Source: an uncultured Actinomycetes bacterium
GTDB taxonomy: Bacteria > Actinomycetota > UBA4738 > HRBIN12
Assembly: GCA_963704885.1 (NCBI GenBank)
Contig: CAVPIB010000004.1
Coordinates: forward strand, 224,001-288,000
Length of the DNA: 64,000 bases
Direction of reading: 5' to 3'
This document shows positions 1 to 9,341 of this stretch, in pieces; positions within the stretch are counted from its first letter, which is position 1; every line of letters begins with the position of its first letter. The translations under genes and the position numbers were made by a program. The notes below the pieces were generated by a model. The model ran no database searches. It saw only the letters and a program-made list of their open reading frames with translations, and was not told the origin of the DNA.

Positions 1-912
1 GTGGTGGGAGCCCTCTGGTGGGATCGACATCGTGGCGAGGAACAGATCGACGACCTCGTCGAGGCCCGAGCGCGTGGGACGGTAGGACGTTTCTCGCCGA
101 CCTCGGTGAAGATCATGCAGGACGGCGTTATCGAGAACTTCACGGCTGCGATGCTCGAGCCGTACCTGGACGAAGACGGGCGACCGACCGACAACCGCGG
201 GATCTCCTTCGTCGAACCGGGTCTACTGAAGGGATACGTCACCAAGCTCGATGCCCTTGGGTTCCAGGTGCACTTCCACGCGATCGGCGATCGTGCAGTG
301 CGTGAAGCTCTCGACGCGGTGGAGGCCGCGCGCGGGGCCAACGGTCCGAACGACCTCCGCCACCACATCGCGCATATCCAGGTGATCCACCCGATCGACC
401 TGCCACGATTCCGGGAACTGGGGGTTGTAGCGAACGGTCAGCCGTTGTGGGCCAGCCACGAGATGCAGATGGACAAGCTCACCATCCCGTTCATCGGCCC
501 GGAGCGCGCGTCCTGGCAGTACCCGTTCCGCAGCCTCCTTACCGCCGGAGCGACGCTCGCGTTCGGCAGCGACTGGTCGGTATCGAGCCCCGACCCGCTC
601 GCGGAGATGTTCATCGCCATCGAGCGGCGCGTAGAGTCCGGCTACGAGTATCTAGGCGAACACGTTCGAGAGGTACTCGGGCCCGAGGAGCGGATCGATC
701 TGCCGGCCGCGATCGCCGCCTTCACGATCGGCTCGGCATTCGTCAACCATCTCGATGGCGTCACGGGCTCGATAGAGGTCGGGAAGGAAGCCGACCTGGT
801 CGCGTTCGACCGCGATCTGTTCGCCGGTCCCTCGGAGGAGTTGCCACAGACTTCGGTGGAGCTGACCTTGGTAGCGGGGGAGCGGGTATACGCGGCGGGC
901 TCCCTGGCCTGA
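1..912 (+). CDS. Amidohydrolase-3 (YtcJ-like) metal-dependent hydrolase, 5'-truncated by the window edge
   Basis: KIMQDG, HAIGDRA, HHIAHIQ, FGSDW and GSIEVGKEADLV motifs. Confidence 0.85.
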   Translation: MVGALWWDRHRGEEQIDDLVEARARGTVGRFSPTSVKIMQDGVIENFTAAMLEPYLDEDGRPTDNRGISFVEPGLLKGYVTKLDALGFQVHFHAIGDRAVREALDAVEAARGANGPNDLRHHIAHIQVIHPIDLPRFRELGVVANGQPLWASHEMQMDKLTIPFIGPERASWQYPFRSLLTAGATLAFGSDWSVSSPDPLAEMFIAIERRVESGYEYLGEHVREVLGPEERIDLPAAIAAFTIGSAFVNHLDGVTGSIEVGKEADLVAFDRDLFAGPSEELPQTSVELTLVAGERVYAAGSLA

Positions 913-1014
913 CCGCTCTTCGTATGCCTCTGACCTCGGGTCAAGGCCCGTTCTTGTCACTCTACGTGCGCGCCCGCACGATACGCCCAGTTCCCATTGA
1001 AGAGGAGTCCTGAG

Positions 1015-2172
1015 ATGGCTGAGCCGTTCGACATGAGCCTGGTGCAGCGGGGGGCCCGCAACCGACGCACGCCCTACTTCGAGGCGACGCAGAAGTATGG
1101 TCCGAAGGGCTTCACGGTCTACAACCACATGTACTTCCCGATCCGATTCGACACGTTCGAGAACGAGTTCGAGACGCTCTTGAACGACGTGACCCTGTGG
1201 GACGTCTCCGTCGAGCGGTGTCTGGAGATCAGCGGACCGGACGGGTTCCGGTTCGCGCAGCTGATGACCCCCCGTGATCTGTCGAAGTGCGCGGTCGGTC
1301 AGGCCAAGTACGTGCTGGTGGTCGACAGCGACGGCGGCATCATCAACGACCCGGTCCTGACGCGTATGGACGAGAACACGTTCTGGTTCGCGCTGGCGTC
1401 CTCCGACACGCTGCTCTGGGCTCGCGGCTTGAAGAACGCCTACCCGGAGCTCGACGTCACGATCAAGGAGGCCGACGTCGCGCCGCTTCAGGTGCAGGGC
1501 CCGAAGTCCAAGGACCTCATGGTTGACCTGTTGGGCGAGAGCATCCTGGACCTCAAGTACTACTGGTGGACCAACGCCGAGATCGCGGACGTCCCGGTCG
1601 TCATCACGCGCACGGGCTGGACGTCCGAGGTGGGCTACGAGGTCTATCTGACCGACACCACGCGCGGGACCGAGGTCTTCGAAGCGCTCATGAAGGCGGG
1701 GGAGAAGTACAACATCAAGCCCACCGGTCCTTCCGACATCCGCCGGATCGAGGGCGCCATATTCAACTGGGGCGCCGACATGACCTACGAGAACAACCCG
1801 ATCGAGATGGGCTTGGACCGTCTCATCGCGTGGGACCTAGCAGACGAAGTCTGTCTCTCGATCGCCGCCTTGAAGCGGATCCGCGACGCGGGCCTTACCC
1901 GCAAGATCGTGGGTGTGGAGATGGACGGGGATCCCTTCCCGGCCTTGAACAACGTGAAGTGGGAGGCATCGATCGACGGCGCTCAAGTGGGCAAGGTCAC
2001 GTCGGCCATCTACTCGCCGCGCCTGGGCAAGAACATCGGCTACTGCTGGCTGCCAACCGCGAACGCTACCGAGGGCCAGACGGTGATGGTCGAGACGGAG
2101 TGGGGAACGCGCACCGCCACGGTCGTGCCGATGCCGTTCGTAGACCCCGAGAAGACGATCCCGGTCTCGTAG
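1015..2172 (+). CDS. GcvT-family aminomethyltransferase/demethylase (DmdA-like), paralog 1
   Basis: RRTPY..FTVYNHMYFP, WDVS, QVQGPKS, RTGWTSEVGYE and RRIEG motifs; GAGGAG RBS before ATG 1015. Confidence 0.85.
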   Translation: MAEPFDMSLVQRGARNRRTPYFEATQKYGPKGFTVYNHMYFPIRFDTFENEFETLLNDVTLWDVSVERCLEISGPDGFRFAQLMTPRDLSKCAVGQAKYVLVVDSDGGIINDPVLTRMDENTFWFALASSDTLLWARGLKNAYPELDVTIKEADVAPLQVQGPKSKDLMVDLLGESILDLKYYWWTNAEIADVPVVITRTGWTSEVGYEVYLTDTTRGTEVFEALMKAGEKYNIKPTGPSDIRRIEGAIFNWGADMTYENNPIEMGLDRLIAWDLADEVCLSIAALKRIRDAGLTRKIVGVEMDGDPFPALNNVKWEASIDGAQVGKVTSAIYSPRLGKNIGYCWLPTANATEGQTVMVETEWGTRTATVVPMPFVDPEKTIPVS

Positions 2173-2214
2173 AGCCCCCGCTCACCTCGCGGCTTGCCTT
2201 CGGGCGGGGGTTTG
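2173..2214 (+). terminator. Possible intrinsic terminator hairpin
   Basis: AGCCCCCGCTC pairs with GGGCGGGGGTT (G-U allowed), ending in TTT just after the stop codon. Confidence 0.4.
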
Positions 2215-2277
2215 AACCATCATTCAACCGTGCCGGGCGTCTGTGCCCGGCCGGTTGAATGTAAAGGAGAGGTCGGT

Positions 2278-3453
2278 ATGACGAACGAGCGCGAGGAGAT
2301 GCTCGAGAAGAGCGCCACCCTTTACTTCGGGCCCTGGTACCGCAAGTCGCCGATGTTCGAGGCCACCCGGCGTGCCGGCTGTACCGCCTACGACATCTAC
2401 AACCACATGTACCTGCCGGGCTACTACGACGACCCGGAGATCGAGTACTACGCCCTCAACAACGACGTGACGCTCTGGGACGTGGGCGTGGAGCGCACGG
2501 TAGAGGTCAGTGGGCCCGACGCAGATCGCCTGATCGACATGATCACCTGTCGCGACCTGACGAAGTGCCAGGTGGGCCAGGGCAAGTACATGCCGGTCAC
2601 CGCGCCCGACGGCGGGATCGTGAACGACCCCGTTCTCCTGCACGTGAAGGAGAACACGTGGTGGATGCAGCTCGCGGACTCCGACGCCGGCCTTTACGCG
2701 CTGGGAGTCCTCGCCAACTCCGGACTGGACGCGCGGGTGACCCTGCCCGACGTCCATCCCGTCCAGATCCAGGGCCCAAAGGCCGTGATGACGCTCCAGA
2801 AGCTGGTGGGCGACCAGATCCTCGACCTGAAGTACTACTGGTGCGGCTACTACGACATCCAGGGGATCCCCGTGGTGATCAGCCGCACCGGATGGACGGC
2901 CATCCCCGGATTCGAGGTGAACCTGCTCGACTTCTCGCGCGGCAACGAGCTCTGGGAGGCGATCCTCAAAGCGGGCGAGGAGTTCAACATCCGGCCGATC
3001 GCGCCGTGCGAGGCGAGGCGGATCGAAGCGGGCATCTTCAACTACGGCTCGGACATCACCCTCTCGGACACACCGTTCCACGTGATGGGCCTGGAGCGCC
3101 TGGTCGAGGAACAGCCGCAGGACTACATCGGCAAGGCTACGCTGGAGCGCCTAAGGACCGAGGGCGTGGATCGCAAGCTGGTCGGGATCGTCCTGGACGG
3201 CGACGAGCTCCGTGCGGAGATGTCCGAGGCGTGGCCGGTCTACAAGGACGGAAAGCGTGTCGGACGCATGACAGACGCGGTCTGGTCGCCGGGTCTGAAG
3301 AAGAACATCGGGTACGTCTGGGTGCCGATCGAGCTGGCCGAGCTGGGGACCTCGTTGGACGTGGAGTCTGAGAACGGCGCCCTCACGGGCACCACGGCCG
3401 CCATCCCGTTCGTGGACCCGAAGAAGGAGGTCCCGGCCGGCAACCTGGCGTAA
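2278..3453 (+). CDS. GcvT-family aminomethyltransferase/demethylase (DmdA-like), paralog 2
   Basis: YDIYNHMYLP, WDVG, QIQGPK, RTGWT and RRIEAG motifs; AAGGAG RBS before ATG 2278. Confidence 0.85.
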   Translation: MTNEREEMLEKSATLYFGPWYRKSPMFEATRRAGCTAYDIYNHMYLPGYYDDPEIEYYALNNDVTLWDVGVERTVEVSGPDADRLIDMITCRDLTKCQVGQGKYMPVTAPDGGIVNDPVLLHVKENTWWMQLADSDAGLYALGVLANSGLDARVTLPDVHPVQIQGPKAVMTLQKLVGDQILDLKYYWCGYYDIQGIPVVISRTGWTAIPGFEVNLLDFSRGNELWEAILKAGEEFNIRPIAPCEARRIEAGIFNYGSDITLSDTPFHVMGLERLVEEQPQDYIGKATLERLRTEGVDRKLVGIVLDGDELRAEMSEAWPVYKDGKRVGRMTDAVWSPGLKKNIGYVWVPIELAELGTSLDVESENGALTGTTAAIPFVDPKKEVPAGNLA

Positions 3454-3563
3454 CGGCGCTCTCCGGAGGGGTGTGGGTATCCTGTTACGGCGGGAAGTCG
3501 TACGAACCTCGTGTGAGTCCGGTACGAATCACCCGCATGACCACGACCCTCCGGAGGTTCCGC

Positions 3564-4667
3564 ATGCGCCGAACCATCTTGCCGCTGGTAGTGCTCGCCA
3601 TCGTGGCGAGCGGCTGTTCGCTCAGCTTCGGATCCGAGGACTCAACCGGGCCAGTCGGGACCCTGTCTGAGCAGACAACCGCACCGCCCCTCCCGCTGGA
3701 GAACGGTTCGGTGGAAGCCGTCGTGCAAAGGGTCCTGCCGGCCGTGGTGAACGTGACGACCGATGTCTTCCAAGGCGCCGGGCAGACCGGTCAGGGAGTA
3801 GGAACGGGTTTCGTGGTTCGTGCCGATGGGATCGTCGTTACCAACTGCCACGTCGTGGAGGGCGCCTCCAAGATCACGGTGTCGTCTTCGGACGTCGAGC
3901 CGAGGGAGTACGACGCCCGAGTGATCGGCGGCGACTGTCTCCATGATCTGGCGGTCCTGAAGATAGACGCGTCGGGTCTGCCCACCGTTGCCCTGGGCAA
4001 CTCCGCCGACCTCCTGCTGGGGCAGCGTGTCGTCGCGCTGGGCTATGCGCTCGCCCTCGAGGGTGGACCCACCGTGACCACCGGCATCGTGTCGTCCCTG
4101 GACCGCACGATCACAGCCTCCGATCCAGGCTGCGACGTCTGCGAGAACGGCGCGCGAACCTACACCGGCGCCATCCAGACCGATGCCGCGATCAACCACG
4201 GCAACTCGGGCGGCCCCCTCGTGGACATGCGGGGACAGGTCATAGGTATCAACACGGCCGGCGACGACAGCGCCCAGAACATCGGCTTCGCCATCGCGAT
4301 CGACTCGGTGAAGCAGGTCATCGCGGACGCCCAGGCCGATCCGCTGGCCCCGGCGGCGTACCTGGGTGTCTCCACTCAGTCGGTGACCGCGGCGCTGGCA
4401 CTGCAATTCGACCTCACCGTGAGCGAGGGTGCGTACGTGCTCGGCCTCACCGGTGACGGGCCCGCGGCGGCCGCTGGCATCCTGGAGGGCGACGTCATCG
4501 TTGGCATCGACGGGAACCCGATCGCGACCGGCGAGGACCTTGGCAGCGTGCTCGAAGGACTCGAGCCAGGCGACCGGGTTCCGGTCCAGGTGATCGGCGT
4601 GAACGGACGGTCGCGCACGATCGAGGTAACCCTCGGCACTCGGCCCCTCCCGGTCGAGCTTCCGTAG
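3564..4667 (+). CDS. HtrA/DegP-like serine protease with PDZ domain, probable lipoprotein
   Basis: VTNCHVV, DLAVL, GNSGGPL catalytic triad motifs; C-terminal PDZ; lipobox-like VASGC; GGAGG RBS. Confidence 0.9.
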   Translation: MRRTILPLVVLAIVASGCSLSFGSEDSTGPVGTLSEQTTAPPLPLENGSVEAVVQRVLPAVVNVTTDVFQGAGQTGQGVGTGFVVRADGIVVTNCHVVEGASKITVSSSDVEPREYDARVIGGDCLHDLAVLKIDASGLPTVALGNSADLLLGQRVVALGYALALEGGPTVTTGIVSSLDRTITASDPGCDVCENGARTYTGAIQTDAAINHGNSGGPLVDMRGQVIGINTAGDDSAQNIGFAIAIDSVKQVIADAQADPLAPAAYLGVSTQSVTAALALQFDLTVSEGAYVLGLTGDGPAAAAGILEGDVIVGIDGNPIATGEDLGSVLEGLEPGDRVPVQVIGVNGRSRTIEVTLGTRPLPVELP

Positions 4668-4707
4668 CCTGCGTCCACGACCGGGTACCGGCCCGTAGGC
4701 TAGGCGA

Positions 4708-5466
4708 GTGCACCGCTTCCGTCTCCGCGTCGCGCGGATCCTGGGGATCCCGATCTGGGTACATGGTTCGTGGTTCGTGGTGCTTGGGCTCGCCGTCTGG
4801 GCGATGACCGTGGCGTTCGGGGACGTCTTCCCCGAACTCCCGATCGCCGAGCGCCTCGTGATGGCCATGGTGACGGGGTTGACGTTCTTCGGATGCCTCT
4901 GCGTGCATGAGTTGGCCCATGCTGTCGTCGCACGCCGGTTCGGTGTCAGCGTCCGCGGCATCACCCTCTTCCTGCTTGGAGGGGTCGCCGAGATCCGGGG
5001 CGAGCTGCCGTCTCCGGGAGCCGAGTTCGCGGTGGCTGCGGCGGGACCGGCTACGTCCGTGGCGATCGGGAGCGTCTTCGCCCTCTTGGCGGAGTGGGCA
5101 GGCGGACTCGGATGGACGGCCGTGGAGGCCGTCGCCTTCACGCTTGCGCTCGTGAACCTAGGCGTGGCGCTGTTCAACCTGGTCCCGGGCCTGCCGCTCG
5201 ATGGCGGGCGGATCCTGAGGGCGGCGATATGGTGGCGGACGGGAAGCTTCGCCCGCGCCACAGCCGCGGCATCACTAGGCGGACGGGTCGTGGCCGCCTT
5301 GCTCGTCGCGATCGGGATCGTGGGCGCGATGAAGGGGGAGCTCACCGCTCTGTGGTACGCGCCCATGGGGGGATTCATCTGGTTCCTTGCCCGCGCGTCG
5401 GCTCGCGCCACGCCGCCGGTCGACGACCGTGCGCTAGCCTTGAGCGGTGAAGGTGAGGCTGCGTAA
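4708..5466 (+). CDS. Site-2 protease (M50) membrane metalloprotease
   Basis: HELAH and NLVPGLPLDGG motifs; multiple TM segments. Confidence 0.9.
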   Translation: MHRFRLRVARILGIPIWVHGSWFVVLGLAVWAMTVAFGDVFPELPIAERLVMAMVTGLTFFGCLCVHELAHAVVARRFGVSVRGITLFLLGGVAEIRGELPSPGAEFAVAAAGPATSVAIGSVFALLAEWAGGLGWTAVEAVAFTLALVNLGVALFNLVPGLPLDGGRILRAAIWWRTGSFARATAAASLGGRVVAALLVAIGIVGAMKGELTALWYAPMGGFIWFLARASARATPPVDDRALALSGEGEAA

Positions 5467-5647
5467 CCCCGACAGAGCGGTTGAGGTCGTGGGGGGTCGA
5501 GCGGTTCACGCCGTCCTAGATGACCTGGGCGTCGATCCCGACACTGTGCTGGTGATCCGCGGCGGCGAGCTCATCACGCGCGAGACCCGGTTGGACGATG
5601 CCGACGAGATCGAGATCCGACCCGTCATCTCGGGGGGCGCCGCGTGA
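5447..5647 (+). CDS. ttuB: ThiS/MoaD-family ubiquitin-like sulfur carrier (TtuB-like)
   Basis: 66 aa, ends IEIRPVISGG-AA; overlaps the start of ttuA. Confidence 0.75.
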   Translation: MKVRLRNPDRAVEVVGGRAVHAVLDDLGVDPDTVLVIRGGELITRETRLDDADEIEIRPVISGGAA

Positions 5648-6639
5648 AGTGCCGCCGCTGCCGGGGTTCCGCCGTGATCGAGATCCGCCGCCACAACGCC
5701 GCCTACTGCAAGGATTGCTTCTTCCATGTGTTCCGCGAGCAGGTGAAGCGCGCGATCTCCCAGTACGACATGTTCGCCACGACGGATCGCATCCTGGTGG
5801 CGGTCTCCGGCGGGAAGGATTCCCTGGCGCTGTGGGACGTCTTGCTGGATCTCGGCTACGACGTCACCGGCCTCTACCTGGGACTTGGGATCGGGACCTA
5901 CTCCACGCGCTCGGGTGAGGTGTCGAAGTCGTTCGCTGCGGATCGCGGCGCGGAGCTGTTGTTGGTCGACCTGGAGCGCGACTTCGGGTACGACATCCCT
6001 ACGGCGGGGAGGAAGGGCTCGCGCTCGACCTGCGCCGTATGCGGGCTTAGCAAGCGGTACGTCTTCAACCGGGCGGCACTCGACGGCGGGTTCGACGTGG
6101 TCGCCACCGGGCATAACCTGGACGACGAAGCCGCCAACCTCCTGGGCAACACGTTGCGCTGGCAGACCGGATACATCGCCCGTCAGTCGCCCGCCCTGGC
6201 CGCGAAGGACGGCATGGTGAAGAAGGTCAAACCACTGTTCCGACTCTCCGAACTTGAGACGGCGGCCTTCGCGTTCCTGCGTGGGATCGACTACGTGGTC
6301 GAGGAGTGTCCGCTGGTGGCTGGGAACACACAGCTCCGGTACAAGGAAGCTATGAACGCCCTTGAGGCGAACTCGCCGGGAACGAAGGCGCAGTTCTTCC
6401 TGGGATACCTCGATCGCGGCGTGCCGCTCTTCAGGTCCGAGGACTCTGCCGTCCTGACCGTTTGTGAGAACTGCGGCCAGCCGACGACAGCGCGGTTCTG
6501 CGCGTTCTGTCGCGCTCGGGCGCAGATCCTGGGGGAGCGACTGGGGGAGCGCTCGACATCCCCAGAGGACGACGCGACGACCTCGGAGGAGATGGCCGAC
6601 GAGGTCATGCCCGTCGAGATCTTCGGAGGCTCGGCGTGA
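5644..6639 (+). CDS. ttuA: tRNA 2-thiouridine synthase TtuA/Ncs6 family
   Basis: N- and C-terminal CxxC zinc fingers, PP-loop SGGKDS, CAVC, TGHNLDD, ECP. Confidence 0.85.
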   Translation: MKCRRCRGSAVIEIRRHNAAYCKDCFFHVFREQVKRAISQYDMFATTDRILVAVSGGKDSLALWDVLLDLGYDVTGLYLGLGIGTYSTRSGEVSKSFAADRGAELLLVDLERDFGYDIPTAGRKGSRSTCAVCGLSKRYVFNRAALDGGFDVVATGHNLDDEAANLLGNTLRWQTGYIARQSPALAAKDGMVKKVKPLFRLSELETAAFAFLRGIDYVVEECPLVAGNTQLRYKEAMNALEANSPGTKAQFFLGYLDRGVPLFRSEDSAVLTVCENCGQPTTARFCAFCRARAQILGERLGERSTSPEDDATTSEEMADEVMPVEIFGGSA

Positions 6640-7424
6640 GGGCCCCCTTCGAGGCGGGGGAGCGGGTGCTGCTGGTCGACCAACGGGACCGGACCTACCT
6701 CATCCGGTTGGAGCCGGGCGCCACCTACCACACGCATAGCGGCACACTGGCGCACGACTCGATCCTGGGCGCGCAGGAAGGGGTCCGCGTCGAGACATCC
6801 AAGGGCATGGTGCTCACGGCCTTCCGCCCTCGGCTGGCCGACGTGGTACTCAAGATGCCGCGCGGCGCGCAGGTCGTATACCCGAAGGACCTGGGCCCGA
6901 TCGTCGTCTACGCCGATGTACATCCGGGTGCCCGCGTGTTGGAGGCGGGTACGGGATCCGGCGCGCTCACGATCGCGCTCTGCCAGGCGGCCGGCCCGGA
7001 TGGCAGCGTCGTCAGCTACGAACTGCGTCCCGATCACCGGTCTCAGGCCATCGAGAACGTCGAGGCGTTCTTCGGCAAGCTCCCGTCGTGGCTGGATCTG
7101 CGCGAGGGTGACATCAGCGAGGTCGATACCACGGGCGAACGGTTCGACCGATGCGTGCTCGATCTGCCCGAGCCCTGGGTTCCGCTCTCCGTCCTCAACC
7201 GCGTCCTGGAGCCGGGCGGTGTGGTTTGCGCCTACCTGCCCACGACGGGACAGGTGCAAGAGCTGGTTCTTGCCCTCCGCGGGAACGGGTTCCAGCACGT
7301 GGAGACTTTCGAGACCCTGCGGCGATCGTGGCACGTGACCGAGCGCAGCGTGCGCCCCGATCACCGCATGGTTGGACACACGGGCTTCCTCACGATCGCC
7401 CGCCGTGTCGGCGACGTTCGCTAG
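6636..7424 (+). CDS. trmI: tRNA (adenine-58-N1) methyltransferase
   Basis: MPRGAQVVYPKD, EAGTGSGALT, DLPEPW, VRPDHRMVGHTGFL motifs. Confidence 0.95.
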   Translation: MRAPFEAGERVLLVDQRDRTYLIRLEPGATYHTHSGTLAHDSILGAQEGVRVETSKGMVLTAFRPRLADVVLKMPRGAQVVYPKDLGPIVVYADVHPGARVLEAGTGSGALTIALCQAAGPDGSVVSYELRPDHRSQAIENVEAFFGKLPSWLDLREGDISEVDTTGERFDRCVLDLPEPWVPLSVLNRVLEPGGVVCAYLPTTGQVQELVLALRGNGFQHVETFETLRRSWHVTERSVRPDHRMVGHTGFLTIARRVGDVR

Positions 7425-7465
7425 CGTTGGAGTCCCTTTCGGCGAGAAGTTGGGGAATACCCGGT

Positions 7466-7493
7466 TCAAGGCATCATCGCTCCACGCCGAAGT
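7466..7493 (+). promoter_or_regulatory. FliA/WhiG (sigma28)-type promoter candidate upstream of arc
   Basis: TCAAG-N15-GCCGAA. Confidence 0.4.
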
Positions 7494-7592
7494 GCCGTAT
7501 GACTGAGGTAGAGGCACTTGCCCGAGCTTCCGCGGTCGGCCGAGGGCCCGGACATATACTGACGCTCCGCGCGCACCGGGGAGGTGACGCAG

Positions 7593-9332
7593 ATGCCCGA
7601 TCACGAGCAGGTGGAACGCTACGAGAAGCAGGTCCACGAGCTCCAGTCCCAGGTGAAGTTCCTCGAGGAGGAGGTCGGACTACTTCGCCGCCGTCTCACC
7701 AATGCTCCGCGGCAGGTCACCATCCTGGAAGAGAAGCTGGTCGAGACGCGCGATCAACTCACCCGTGCGATCGGACAGAACCAGAAGCTGGCCGACGCGC
7801 TGCGCGGTGAACGTCAGAAGATCGAGGCGCTCGCCGAGGAGGTCGAGAAGCTGAGCCAGCCCCCCGCGTCTTTCGGCGTGTACCTGGGAGCCAACGACGA
7901 CGGGTCGATCGACGTGTTCACCGGCGGCCGCAAGATGCGCGTTACACCGGCTCCAGATCTGCAGATCGAACGTTTCAACCCCGGGGCGCAGGTCATCCTG
8001 AACGACTCGCTGAACGCGGTCGAGGTGTTGGATCACGACCGCCAAGGCGAGGTGCTGAAGGTGAAGGAGCGCCTAGGCGACGACCGTGTCATGTTGGTCG
8101 GCCGCGGTGACGAGGAATACGTGGCTACGCTCGCGGGCTCGCTTGTCGGCCAGGCGGTGCGAGCCGGCGACCCCGTCTTGTACGACTCGCGCTCAGGTGT
8201 CGCGCTCGAGCTGCTCCCGAAGGAAGTGGTCGAGCAGTTAGTTCTGGAGGAGATCCCGGACGTCAGCTACGAGGACATCGGCGGTCTAGAGGGCCAGATC
8301 GAGGCGATCCGCGACGCGGTGGAGCTGCCGTTCCTGTACGCGGAGCTCTTCCAGGAGCACGAGTTGGAAGCGCCCAAGGGGGTACTGCTGTACGGACCCC
8401 CCGGCTGCGGCAAGACGTTGATCGCGAAGGCGGTGGCGAAGTCGCTCGCCGAGAAGGTCGCGGAGCGCACCGGACGCGACGACGCGCGCAGCTACTTCCT
8501 GAACGTGAAGGGGCCTGAGCTGCTGAACAAGTACGTGGGCGAGACCGAACGCCAGATCCGCGAGATCTTCCAGCGCGCGAAGGAGCGCAGCGAAGAGGGC
8601 CTGCCGGTGATCGTGTTCTTCGATGAGATGGACTCGATCTTCAGGACCCGCGGTACGGGTATCTCGTCCGACGTTGAGTCCACCATCGTGCCGCAGCTCC
8701 TTTCGGAGCTCGACGGGGTAGAGACGCTCAAGAACGTGATCGTGATCGGCGCTTCCAACCGCGAGGATCTGATAGACCCCGCCATCCTGCGGCCGGGCCG
8801 GCTGGACGTGAAGATCAAGATCGAGCGTCCCGACGGCCCACAGGCGAAGGACATCATGTCTAAGTACCTTCACCCGTCCATCCCGATCCACCCCGACGAG
8901 ATCGATCGGAACAACGGTGATGCATCGCTCGCCACTGCACGGATGATCGAGAAGACCGTCGAGCTCATGTACGAGCCTTCCGACCGCAACCGCTTCCTGG
9001 AGGTCACCTACGCCTCGGGGGACAAGGAGATCCTGTATTTCAAGGACTTCAACTCGGGCGCCATGATCGAGAACATCGTCCGGCGATCCAAGAAGGAAGC
9101 CATCAAGCGATTCCTGTCCACGGGCGAGAAGGGGATCAAGAGCGAAGATCTCGTCCAGGCGATCCGCGATGAGTTCAAGGAGAACGAGGACCTGCCGAAC
9201 ACCACTAACCCGGACGACTGGGCCCGCATCTCGGGCAAGAAGGGCGAGCGGATCGTGTACGTCCGGACCTTGCTCGGCGACGACGGCGACGGACGACAGG
9301 TCGAGCGCGTGAACGCGGGTCAGTACCTGTAA
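7593..9332 (+). CDS. arc: Proteasome-associated AAA ATPase ARC/Mpa
   Basis: Coiled-coil N-terminus, GPPGCGKT Walker A, FFDEMD Walker B, C-terminal GQYL. Confidence 0.97.
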   Translation: MPDHEQVERYEKQVHELQSQVKFLEEEVGLLRRRLTNAPRQVTILEEKLVETRDQLTRAIGQNQKLADALRGERQKIEALAEEVEKLSQPPASFGVYLGANDDGSIDVFTGGRKMRVTPAPDLQIERFNPGAQVILNDSLNAVEVLDHDRQGEVLKVKERLGDDRVMLVGRGDEEYVATLAGSLVGQAVRAGDPVLYDSRSGVALELLPKEVVEQLVLEEIPDVSYEDIGGLEGQIEAIRDAVELPFLYAELFQEHELEAPKGVLLYGPPGCGKTLIAKAVAKSLAEKVAERTGRDDARSYFLNVKGPELLNKYVGETERQIREIFQRAKERSEEGLPVIVFFDEMDSIFRTRGTGISSDVESTIVPQLLSELDGVETLKNVIVIGASNREDLIDPAILRPGRLDVKIKIERPDGPQAKDIMSKYLHPSIPIHPDEIDRNNGDASLATARMIEKTVELMYEPSDRNRFLEVTYASGDKEILYFKDFNSGAMIENIVRRSKKEAIKRFLSTGEKGIKSEDLVQAIRDEFKENEDLPNTTNPDDWARISGKKGERIVYVRTLLGDDGDGRQVERVNAGQYL

Positions 9333-9341
9333 GGTTGGCCG

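Noticed and set aside
954-963. TTGTCACTCT repeated at 954 and 30893, each after an amidohydrolase gene
   Set aside because: A single 10-bp match in 64 kb is compatible with chance; no further shared context.
3642-5411. Long antisense or alternative-frame ORFs (also 9498-10961, 21560-23284, 57371-58972)
   Set aside because: Shadows of well-supported genes in GC-rich DNA; no recognisable motifs.
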